Source: an uncultured Microthrixaceae bacterium | Lineage (GTDB): Bacteria > Actinomycetota > Acidimicrobiia > Acidimicrobiales > DATDAH01 | Length of the DNA stretch: 64,000 bases | Assembly: GCA_964470715.1 (NCBI GenBank) | Contig: CAYYDZ010000001.1 | Span: forward strand, 3,960 to 67,959 | Reading direction: 5' to 3' | Part shown: positions 54,439-64,000 of the stretch, one piece after another | Layout: each line of letters begins with the position of its first letter | Position numbering within the stretch: the first letter of the stretch is position 1 | The notes under the pieces: generated by a model | The model's input: only the letters and a program-made list of their open reading frames with translations | What the model was told of the DNA's origin: nothing | Databases searched by the model: none | Translations under genes and position numbers: made by a program

Positions 54439-54746
54439 TCCGACACGTCGTGCTGCTGCGGTGGACCGCCGAGTCCGGCGCAGACCAGCACCAGGCCGTG
54501 GTCGAAGCCCTCACCGAACTCCCGGTGGCGATACCCGAGATCGTCCGGTATCGCCTGGGCCGCGACCTCGGCTTGGCGGAGGGCAACGCCAGCCTCTCGG
54601 TGATCGCCGACTTCGCCACCGTGGCCGACTACGAGAGGTACCGTGACCACCCCGAGCACCAACGGGTCATCGCGGAGCTCATCAAGCCCATCCTGGCGGG
54701 ACGATCCGCCCTCCAGTACGAGTACGACCCCGCCGACGACGTCTGA
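54435..54746 (+). CDS. Dabb (stress-responsive alpha/beta barrel) family protein
   Basis: 103 aa. Contains MIRHVVLLRW...Y..HP.H. It overlaps the upstream SDR by 4 bp (ATGA). Confidence 0.85.
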   Translation: MIRHVVLLRWTAESGADQHQAVVEALTELPVAIPEIVRYRLGRDLGLAEGNASLSVIADFATVADYERYRDHPEHQRVIAELIKPILAGRSALQYEYDPADDV

Positions 54747-54778
54747 GGCACCGCCTCACCGGCCCTCCGGTCATGGGG

Positions 54779-55618
54779 CTAGCGCGAGGCGGTCTCGTCG
54801 AGGGCCCGACGTACGAGGACTCGGGCCAAGTGCTCGCGGAACTCGGGGCTGGCGTTGAGGTCGCCCGGCGCCTCGGTGCCCTCGGCCGCCAGCGCCGCCG
54901 CCTCCGCCGTGTCGGCACCTCCGTCGAGGGCGCCCTCGACCGCGATGGCCTGGAGGGGGGTGGCCCCCATGTTCACGAGCGCGACTCCCGCGCGGCGGCC
55001 GCCCCCGGGCTCGCCCGCCTGGGCGGCCACGCCGACGATGGCCCAGTCGCAGGCCCGCTGGGTGAACTTCTGGAACGACCAACCGAGGCCCGCCAGACGC
55101 GGCACCCGCACCTCGGTCAGCACCTCGTCCTCGCCGACCGCGGTCTCGAGGAAGCCGGTGAAGAGGTCGGACGCGGCGACGCTGCGCTCGCCGGTCGGCC
55201 CGGTCACGATGACGCGGGCCTTGAGGGCCAGGAGGACCGCGGGCAGGTCGGACGCGGGGTCGCCGTGGACCAACGAACCGCCGATGGTCCCCCGATGGCG
55301 CACCTGCGGGTCGCCCACCTGGCCCGCGGCATGGGCCAGCAGCGGCACCTCGCGGGCGAGCAACTCGCTCGTGTTGACCGCATGGTGGCGAGTGAGGGCG
55401 CCGATGGCGATCTCGTCCCCCTCCTCTCGGATGTAGGTGAGGTCGCTGAGCCCGGCGATGTCGATGAGCACCGCCGGCGTGGCCAGGCGCAGCTTCATCA
55501 ACGGCAGGAGCGAGTGACCGCCGGCGATCAGCTTGGCCTCGTCGCCGTGCTCGGCCAGCAGGCCCAGGGCCTCGTCGACCGTTGCGGCCCGCTCGTAGTC
55601 GAAGGCGACGGGGATCAC
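54779..55618 (-). CDS. Xanthine dehydrogenase/CO dehydrogenase family FAD-binding subunit (CoxM/CutM-like)
   Basis: Lies within track ORF 54779..56029. GTG 55618 ([11 protein letters not shown]) overlaps the upstream stop (GTGA). Contains [16 protein letters not shown] and RGTIGGSL. Confidence 0.85.
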   Translation of the reverse strand: MIPVAFDYERAATVDEALGLLAEHGDEAKLIAGGHSLLPLMKLRLATPAVLIDIAGLSDLTYIREEGDEIAIGALTRHHAVNTSELLAREVPLLAHAAGQVGDPQVRHRGTIGGSLVHGDPASDLPAVLLALKARVIVTGPTGERSVAASDLFTGFLETAVGEDEVLTEVRVPRLAGLGWSFQKFTQRACDWAIVGVAAQAGEPGGGRRAGVALVNMGATPLQAIAVEGALDGGADTAEAAALAAEGTEAPGDLNASPEFREHLARVLVRRALDETASR

Positions 55619-56142
55619 GAGGCCACCTCCGGGCCGACCGTGGGCGCCGCGGTGGCGCCGGGGCGGACGGTGTCCAGGATGGCGACGGACTGACCCGAGG
55701 CCGAGAGCACCGCCTTCACGATGTTGTGGTAGCCGGTGCAGCGACAGAGGTTGCCTTCGAGACCCTCGCGCACCTCCCGCTCGGAGGGACGTGGGTTCTC
55801 GGCCAGCAGGGAGACGGCGGCCAGGACCATGCCCGGGGTGCAGTAGCCGCACTGGAGGCCGTGCTGCTCCCGGAAGGCGACCTGCATGGGGTGCAGGTCG
55901 TCGCCGTCGGCCAGTCCCTCGATGGTGGTGACGTCGGCACCTTCCGCCTGGACGGCCAGCACCGTGCACGACTTCACCGACTCGCCGTCGACGAGCACGG
56001 TGCAGGCGCCGCACGATGACGTGTCGCACCCGATGTTGGTGCCGGTCAGGCCGAGCACCTCGCGGAGGTACTGCACCAGCAGCAGCCGGGGCTCGACGTC
56101 GTGGTCCTGGGCCACGCCGTTCACGCTCATCGTCACCTGCAT
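55615..56142 (-). CDS. (2Fe-2S)-binding small subunit of the XDH/CODH family (CoxS/CutS-like)
   Basis: Lies within track ORF 55615..56292. Start at ATG 56142 (MQVTMSVNG). Contains [19 protein letters not shown] and CRCTGY. Confidence 0.9.
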   Translation of the reverse strand: MQVTMSVNGVAQDHDVEPRLLLVQYLREVLGLTGTNIGCDTSSCGACTVLVDGESVKSCTVLAVQAEGADVTTIEGLADGDDLHPMQVAFREQHGLQCGYCTPGMVLAAVSLLAENPRPSEREVREGLEGNLCRCTGYHNIVKAVLSASGQSVAILDTVRPGATAAPTVGPEVAS

Positions 56143-56170
56143 GGGCAGATCCTGCCAGGTCGGCGGACGG

Positions 56171-56989
56171 TCAGCGCACCAATCGGCGGAAGCCGGTGAG
56201 CGTCCAGACGGAGAAGACGGCGAGCCCGACGGCGATGGCCACCAGGCCCGGCCACACCGCCGACCACGTGACCGGTCCGAGGAACCCCGCACGGCCCATG
56301 TCGATCACGTACGTCAGCGGGTTCACGCGTGCCACGTGCGGCAGCCAACCCTCCATGAGCTCGATGGGGGCCTGGCCGATCGAGAGGAACATGGTCACGA
56401 AGATGCCGACCTGGATGAGCGCACCCGACCGTTGGGTGCGGAGCCGGAAGACCACGCCGAGGCCCCAGAGGGCGGCCACCAGGGCGAAGCCCTCGGCTGC
56501 GACCACGAGGGTGACCATCCCCACCAACCCGTCGGTGAGGCGGGCGCCCGCCGCGAATCCCACGATCGAGACCGTCACGACGGGAAGCAGCACGCGGACC
56601 ACCGCGGCCATGAGCGGGCCGATCACGAGCGAGAGCCGGTGGGTCGGCGCCATGAGCAGCCGGTCGTAGAAGCCGTTCTCGAGGTCTCGGCCGATGCCGA
56701 AGCACACACCCATGCCGGCGAAGGCGGCGCCCTGCATGATCGCCCACGGCATGAACCAGTTGATGGCGTTGTCGGTCGGGAAGCCCGGGATGTCGGTGAG
56801 CGCGCCGAACGCGCCGCTGAACGCGACGATGAAGAACAGGGGCATGGCGATGGTCGGCACGACCGCTGATGGGGTCCGGGCGATGTTCACCAGGCTCCGC
56901 CGGGCCAGCTCCTGTGCCACACCGAGGACACTTCCGCCTGGCGCGAGGCTGTCTGCACCCGGCGCGCCGTGAACGGCCGCCAGGCTCAT
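56171..56989 (-). CDS. ABC-2 type transporter permease
   Basis: Lies within track ORF 56171..57412. ATG 56989 overlaps the upstream stop (ATGA). Six TM helices are predicted by eye. Confidence 0.8.
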   Translation of the reverse strand: MSLAAVHGAPGADSLAPGGSVLGVAQELARRSLVNIARTPSAVVPTIAMPLFFIVAFSGAFGALTDIPGFPTDNAINWFMPWAIMQGAAFAGMGVCFGIGRDLENGFYDRLLMAPTHRLSLVIGPLMAAVVRVLLPVVTVSIVGFAAGARLTDGLVGMVTLVVAAEGFALVAALWGLGVVFRLRTQRSGALIQVGIFVTMFLSIGQAPIELMEGWLPHVARVNPLTYVIDMGRAGFLGPVTWSAVWPGLVAIAVGLAVFSVWTLTGFRRLVR

Positions 56990-57813
56990 CGGGCCCGCTC
57001 CAGTCGCCTTTGCATCTGGCGCACGGCGAGACCGATGGTGAACACCGCCAACACCGCCGGCACCGCCAGCGCGACGAGCGCGGCGTCCCACGAGAACCCG
57101 TAGATCACGAGCTCGCGGGCCCCGTCGATCATCCAGGACAGGGGGTTGTGCTCCGCTACCTGCTGGTACCACCCGCTCATGAGCGCCGTCGGGAAGAACG
57201 CCGAGCTCATGAACAGCAGGATGAACACGAGCGGGAACGTCGAGTCGACCGACTCCTGCTTGCCCGTGCGGACCCCGATCGCCGCCGTGATGCCGCCGAT
57301 CATGAGGGTGACGAGCACGGCCATCCCCGCCAGCACGACCACCGCGGCGGGCCCTCCCTCGACCCGGGCACCGAAGAGCGCGAAGACCACCACGAAGAAG
57401 ACCGCCTGGCACACCGCGAGCGCGGCGCCTCCCACCAGGCGGCCGACGAGGATGGCAGAGCGGGCCACCGGGGAAGCGAGCAGGCGCTCGAAGAACCCGT
57501 TCTCGATGTCGAGCGCGAGCGCCGACCCACCGGACACCGCGCCGAACATCACGCCTTGCACGATGGTGGCGGGCAGGAGGAACTGCAGCACCGAGTCAAC
57601 CGGCGGGAACCCCGGCAGGGCAACCGCCCGCGCCATGGCCGAGTTGTTCACCCCCGCGATCAGCAGGGGGAAGATCAGCGAGGGCAGCCAGGTCTCGGGC
57701 TGTCGGGCGATCCCACGGGCCGATCGGGCGCCGAGGGCGCGTGCCTGCGCGAAGGGGCGGATGCGACGGTCGGTCGCGTCGAGGGCGGGTGTTGGGACGA
57801 CGATGCCCGCCAC
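56986..57813 (-). CDS. ABC-2 type transporter permease
   Basis: 275-aa hydrophobic multi-TM protein, paralogous in layout to the downstream permease. Confidence 0.8.
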   Translation of the reverse strand: MAGIVVPTPALDATDRRIRPFAQARALGARSARGIARQPETWLPSLIFPLLIAGVNNSAMARAVALPGFPPVDSVLQFLLPATIVQGVMFGAVSGGSALALDIENGFFERLLASPVARSAILVGRLVGGAALAVCQAVFFVVVFALFGARVEGGPAAVVVLAGMAVLVTLMIGGITAAIGVRTGKQESVDSTFPLVFILLFMSSAFFPTALMSGWYQQVAEHNPLSWMIDGARELVIYGFSWDAALVALAVPAVLAVFTIGLAVRQMQRRLERAR

Positions 57814-57815
57814 GG

Positions 57816-58787
57816 TCAGGGCTCGTCGCCGAAGCGCTGGTCCCGGTCCTCGGCGCCCTCCAGGCGACGGCCGGTGGCCTCGGCGAACACGTCGTCCAGG
57901 CTGGGAGCGTTGAGCTCCATGTGTTCGATGATCACCGAGGCGTCGTCGAGCGCGCGCACGACGGCGGTCATCGCCGACGCCCCGCCCTCGAGGCCGAGCG
58001 CGATGACGCCCACCCGGTCAGGGCGCTCGGGGCCGAAGGGGACCAAGGTGGCACGTGCCACCGCTTCCTGGTCGTCGGGAACCTCCAGGCGCAGGGTCGG
58101 GGCCCCGACCGCCGCCTTGAGCTCGCTCGGCGCTCCTTCGCGGACGATGCGGCCGTCGTCGATGATGGCGATGCGAGCCGCGAGCTGATCGGCTTCCTCC
58201 AGGTATTGGGTGGTCAAGAACACCGTGGTGCCGTGCTCCTGGTTCAGCTTGCGCAGCTCCTCCCACAGGTTGAGCCGGCTCGTGGGGTCGAGGCCGGTGG
58301 TCGGCTCGTCGAGGAAGAGCACCTCGGGCTCGTGCAAGAGCGACAGCGCGAGGTCGAGGCGGCGGCGCATGCCGCCCGAGTACTTGCCCACCCGCCGGCC
58401 GGCGGCGGCGGTGAGGCCGACCCGGTCGAGCAGTTCGGCCGAGCGGGCCTCGGCCCGGCCCCGCGGCAAGCCGTAGAGCACCGCTTGCAGGCGCAGCAGC
58501 TCCCGGCCCGTCATGAGAGGGTCGATGGCGGCGTCCTGCAGGGCCACGCCGATGGCGCGGCGCACCTGCGCCGCCTCGGTGACCACGTCGAAGCCCGCCA
58601 CGCGGGCCGTGCCCGCCGACGGCACCAGGAGGGTCGTGAGCATGCGCACCGTGGTGGACTTGCCCGCGCCGTTCGGGCCGAGGAACGCGAAGACCTCACC
58701 TGCTTCGACGCGGAGGTCGACCCCGGCGACGGCCTCGATCTCGCCGAAGCGCCGGACGAGGCCGACAGCCTCCACGGGAACGGTCAA
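57816..58787 (-). CDS. ABC transporter ATP-binding protein (DrrA/ABC-2 exporter type)
   Basis: 323 aa with a TTG start. Motifs: Walker A GPNGAGKST, signature YSGGMRRR, Walker B VLFLDEPT. Confidence 0.9.
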   Translation of the reverse strand: MTVPVEAVGLVRRFGEIEAVAGVDLRVEAGEVFAFLGPNGAGKSTTVRMLTTLLVPSAGTARVAGFDVVTEAAQVRRAIGVALQDAAIDPLMTGRELLRLQAVLYGLPRGRAEARSAELLDRVGLTAAAGRRVGKYSGGMRRRLDLALSLLHEPEVLFLDEPTTGLDPTSRLNLWEELRKLNQEHGTTVFLTTQYLEEADQLAARIAIIDDGRIVREGAPSELKAAVGAPTLRLEVPDDQEAVARATLVPFGPERPDRVGVIALGLEGGASAMTAVVRALDDASVIIEHMELNAPSLDDVFAEATGRRLEGAEDRDQRFGDEP

Positions 58788-58809
58788 TGTGATGGGCTCC
58801 CGGGTCGGA

Positions 58810-59261
58810 TCAGCGCGAGGCGGCGAACAGGCGCGAGTACGGCCACCCCGAAGGCACCGCCACGGCCGGCGGGGCGGCGGGCAGCAAGGTGACGACCTCT
58901 TCGCCCGGCCGGGTCATGTGGTACTCCTCGCGAGCACGCCGTTCGATCTCGGCGTCGGTCTGCAGCCCGCCGATCTGGTCTTCGAGATCGGCGATCTCCG
59001 AATCGAGTGCGTCGAGATCGGACTCGGCTCGGGCCGTGGCCGACTGCTGGCGGAAGTAGGTGCGAGCAGGGAAAGCGCCGAGGAAGGCGATGCCGGCGAC
59101 CACGACGGCCACCACCCCCATCCAGAACAGCCGCCGCCGGCGCCGGGTGCGATCGACGGTGGCGGGCGTGTCGTCGACGGGGTTGCGGCCCCCCTTGCCC
59201 TGCGCCTGGCGGCGCACCGCCGCCGCTTCCTCCCGGGCGCGTCGCTCCTTGCGCGGCGCCA

Positions 59262-59262
<1 letters not shown>
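58810..59262 (-). CDS. ftsB: Septum formation initiator family protein (FtsB/DivIC-like)
   Basis: Lies within track ORF 58810..59400. Start at ATG 59262 (MAPRKERR). Basic N-terminus, one TM helix, a coiled coil (LDSEIADLEDQIGGLQ) and EYHMTRPGE. Confidence 0.75.
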
Positions 59263-61605
<2,343 letters not shown>

Positions 61606-61639
61606 GGGGTTCCTTTCCGCCCAGCGGGTGCAAGCGAGG

Positions 61640-63160
61640 CTACTGGTCGGGCGTGGTGACGAGGACGGGCACGTCGACCACCGGGGGGACACCCCACCCT
61701 GGCTCGTAGGCGAAGGCGTCGCGCGCCGAGCGGGCGCCGGCGGTGTCGTCGACGAGCTCCAGGCAGTCGAGGTCGACGTAGGCCGGGTGGGTCCGGCCGC
61801 AGGCACGGGCCAGGCGCAGCACCTCGTGGCGCAGGGCTCGCAGGTAGTTGGCACACCGCACCGACTTCAGGTCGGGGTCGAGGCCCCGCTCCAGCCACGG
61901 GGTCTGCGTGGCCACGCCGGCGGGGCACCGACCGGTGTGGCAGCGCTGGGCCTGGATGCAGCCGATCGAGAGCATGGCCTCGCGCCCGACGTTGATGAGG
62001 TCGCACCCGAGTGCCATCGCCATCAGCGCGGTGGCAGGCAGCCCGAGCTTGCCCGCACCGATGAACACCACGTCGTCAGCCAGCCCGGCCTGCGCGAAGG
62101 CGCGGTACACCCGGGGGAAGCCGACGCGGAACGGGAGCGAGACGTGGTCGGCGAACACGAGGGGGGCGGCACCCGAGCCTCCCTCGCCGCCGTCGATGGT
62201 GACGAAGTCGGGGCCCTCGCCCCGTTCGACCATCCGGGACGCGAGCTCGTCCCAGAAGGCCTGCTCCCCCACCGCCGACTTGATGCCGACGGGGAGACCG
62301 GTGGCGCCGGCGATGCGCTCGACGAAGTCGATGAGGCCGTCCACGTCGGAGAACTCGCGGTGGTAGGGCGGGCTGATGCAGTCCTCACCCACGGGGACGC
62401 CCCGCATGGCGGCGATCTCCTCGGTGACCTTCTCCCCTGGCACCACGCCGCCGAGACCCGCCTTGGCCCCCTGCGACAGCTTCACCTCGATGGCCCGGAT
62501 GGGTGAGCGCTCCACCTGTGCGACGAGGCGGTCGAGGTCGAACTCCCCGCGCTCGTCACGGCAGCCGAAGTAGCCGGTGCCGATCTGCCAGATGAGCTCG
62601 CCGCCGTGCTCGTGGTGAAGTGACACGCCACCCTCGCCGGTGTTGTGCAGGCAGCCGGCCAACGCCGCGCCCCGGTTGAGAGCCTCGATGGCCGCGCCGC
62701 TCAGCGACCCGAAGCTCATGGCCGAGATGTTCACGATCGAGCGGGGGCGGAAGGCGTGGGCGCGTGAGTGGCCTGCGCCGAGCACCTTCGCGCAGGCCAC
62801 CTCGACGTCGTGGGGCGCCGGGGGTACGTGGGCCGGGAAGGCGGCGTGCTTGACGATCAGGTAGTCCGGCGTGGTCTCGAGGTCGTTGTCGGTCCCGAAC
62901 CCGGTGAGGCTGTTCTCCTCCTTGGAGGTTGTGTAGACCCAGCGGCGCTGGTCCCGGGTGAAGGGCCGCTCCTGGTCGTTGTCGGTGACGATGTACTGGC
63001 GCAGCTCCGGGCCGACCGCCTCCAGCACGAAGCGCAGATGGCCGACGACCGGGAAGTTGCGCAGGATCGCATGACGGCGCTGCAACACGTCGTAGGCAGC
63101 GAGGCCACCCACGCCGGCGGCGGCACCCAGGGCGACGAAACGGCGGGCGCGCGTGCTCAC
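61640..63160 (-). CDS. FMN-binding glutamate synthase family protein (GltB domain-2-like), N-terminal TM anchor
   Basis: 506 aa. Contains ILRNFPVVGHLRF, ISAMSFGSLS and DFVTIDGGEGGSGAAP. Confidence 0.85.
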   Translation of the reverse strand: MSTRARRFVALGAAAGVGGLAAYDVLQRRHAILRNFPVVGHLRFVLEAVGPELRQYIVTDNDQERPFTRDQRRWVYTTSKEENSLTGFGTDNDLETTPDYLIVKHAAFPAHVPPAPHDVEVACAKVLGAGHSRAHAFRPRSIVNISAMSFGSLSGAAIEALNRGAALAGCLHNTGEGGVSLHHEHGGELIWQIGTGYFGCRDERGEFDLDRLVAQVERSPIRAIEVKLSQGAKAGLGGVVPGEKVTEEIAAMRGVPVGEDCISPPYHREFSDVDGLIDFVERIAGATGLPVGIKSAVGEQAFWDELASRMVERGEGPDFVTIDGGEGGSGAAPLVFADHVSLPFRVGFPRVYRAFAQAGLADDVVFIGAGKLGLPATALMAMALGCDLINVGREAMLSIGCIQAQRCHTGRCPAGVATQTPWLERGLDPDLKSVRCANYLRALRHEVLRLARACGRTHPAYVDLDCLELVDDTAGARSARDAFAYEPGWGVPPVVDVPVLVTTPDQ

Positions 63161-63290
63161 GGATCGACCCTACGGCGGGTCCTGCGCGGCGGGCAGGGCC
63201 GAACGGCCCGTCTGCGACGCCCGTTGGTCACCGGCCCCGGGCGGGCGTGTGACACTGCGGGCCATGGCTGACACAGGGCAGGATCCCGGG

Positions 63291-64000
63291 ATGGCGGACG
63301 ATCCGTACGACGTCGTGGTCATCGGGGCGGGGTACGGCGGCGCCACCGCGGCCGCGCTCCTCGCCCATGCCGGGCGGCGGGTGGCCCTGGTGGAGAAGAC
63401 GCCCCGCGCCGGCGGGAAGACCCAGACGCTCGACCGCAAGGGCTATCGCTACGAGATGTTCGGGGCGGTGGGCATCCCCGCGGTCGACTCGCGCTTCCAC
63501 GAGCTCGTCGACGTGCTGGGACTGGACGACGTCGAGCTCCTCATCCCCGAGGGCGAGCAGGCGGCCGTGCGCTACCGGGCCCCGGACGGCGAGTGGCGCC
63601 TGCTGCGCAGCGAGCTGCGCCAGAGCGGCTCCGAGGCCGAGCTGGCCGAGTTGCAGCGCGTCTTCGGGGCCACCGACGACGACGTCGCCGCGCTCGGCAC
63701 CTTCTACCTCACCATGCTCGGGCTCACCGACGAGGAGGTCGCCGCCCTCGACGAGACGACCATGGCCGACTACATGGCGCCCTTCGGGCTCGCCCCGGGG
63801 CTGGCCTCGCAGATCTTCGCCACCCTCAACATGTTGTTCGTGGTCGCGGTCGACCGTCTCGCCGCCTCCGAGGCCGTCCTCGTGCTGCGCAACATGGTCC
63901 TGGGTGGCGCCGGCCGCTTCCACAAGGGCGGCTACGGGCGGGTGGCCGAGGCCTGCGCCGACCTCGTGGTCGAGCGCGGCGGCCGCTACCTGACGAGCAC
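63291..64000 (+). CDS. FAD/NAD(P)-binding oxidoreductase, phytoene desaturase (CrtI)-like; 3' end outside the window
   Basis: Absent from the track because there is no stop in the window. Translation from ATG 63291 (or 63264) gives MADDPYDVVVIGAGYGGATAAALLAHAGRRVALVEKTPRAGGKTQTL..., a Rossmann GxGxxG motif. Confidence 0.8.
   Translation, partial: MADDPYDVVVIGAGYGGATAAALLAHAGRRVALVEKTPRAGGKTQTLDRKGYRYEMFGAVGIPAVDSRFHELVDVLGLDDVELLIPEGEQAAVRYRAPDGEWRLLRSELRQSGSEAELAELQRVFGATDDDVAALGTFYLTMLGLTDEEVAALDETTMADYMAPFGLAPGLASQIFATLNMLFVVAVDRLAASEAVLVLRNMVLGGAGRFHKGGYGRVAEACADLVVERGGRYLTS

Overview
This is a 64-kb window of a visibly very GC-rich chromosome (roughly 70% by eye, not computed). It is densely packed with about 67 protein genes and one tRNA-Leu(UAA). 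I saw no rRNA, CRISPR array, transposase, integrase or phage genes.

Gene content and synteny point to Actinomycetota, perhaps an Acidimicrobiia-like lineage; the lineage call is inference only. The supporting features are:
- eno-ftsB-DUF501-ppx synteny
- F420-type LLM and PPOX enzymes
- a WS/DGAT acyltransferase
- DUF3566 and DUF2252 proteins
- a SigK/RskA-type sigma/anti-sigma pair

Most of the window is ordinary metabolism and housekeeping. This includes sufB, a PAS-GGDEF-EAL protein, a heterodimeric ABC exporter, mutY, fumC, an ABC-F ATPase, acyl-CoA enzymes, eno, PPK2 and PPX.

Many long ORFs in the supplied track are antisense or frame-shifted GC artefacts and are not called. Several true starts are internal to track ORFs or use GTG, TTG or apparently CTG. 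Two edge-truncated genes, sufB at the left edge and a CrtI-like oxidoreductase at the right edge, are absent from the track and were read directly from the sequence.

The most interesting candidates are:
1. A co-oriented module of ECF sigma, RskA-like anti-sigma, cupredoxin lipoprotein and two Tat-signal ferritin-like proteins. The two ferritin-like proteins share an unusual N-terminal extension, and the cupredoxin and ferritin-like genes share an upstream box.
2. An uncharacterised 370-aa protein with two E...ExxH (di-iron-like) motifs, translationally coupled to a luciferase-like monooxygenase inside an acyl-CoA/F420 redox cluster.
3. An orphan CoxS/CoxM (2Fe-2S plus FAD) pair with no molybdopterin subunit. 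It appears co-transcribed with an ABC-2 exporter, inside a roughly 6-kb insertion that splits the conserved eno-ftsB / DUF501-ppx block.
4. Three families of short interspersed or structured repeats. One abuts or includes stop codons and also forms a tandem array upstream of fumC. One is a hairpin whose inner stem differs between its two copies while remaining self-complementary.

All homology calls come from reading the translations and recognising motifs. No database search was run.
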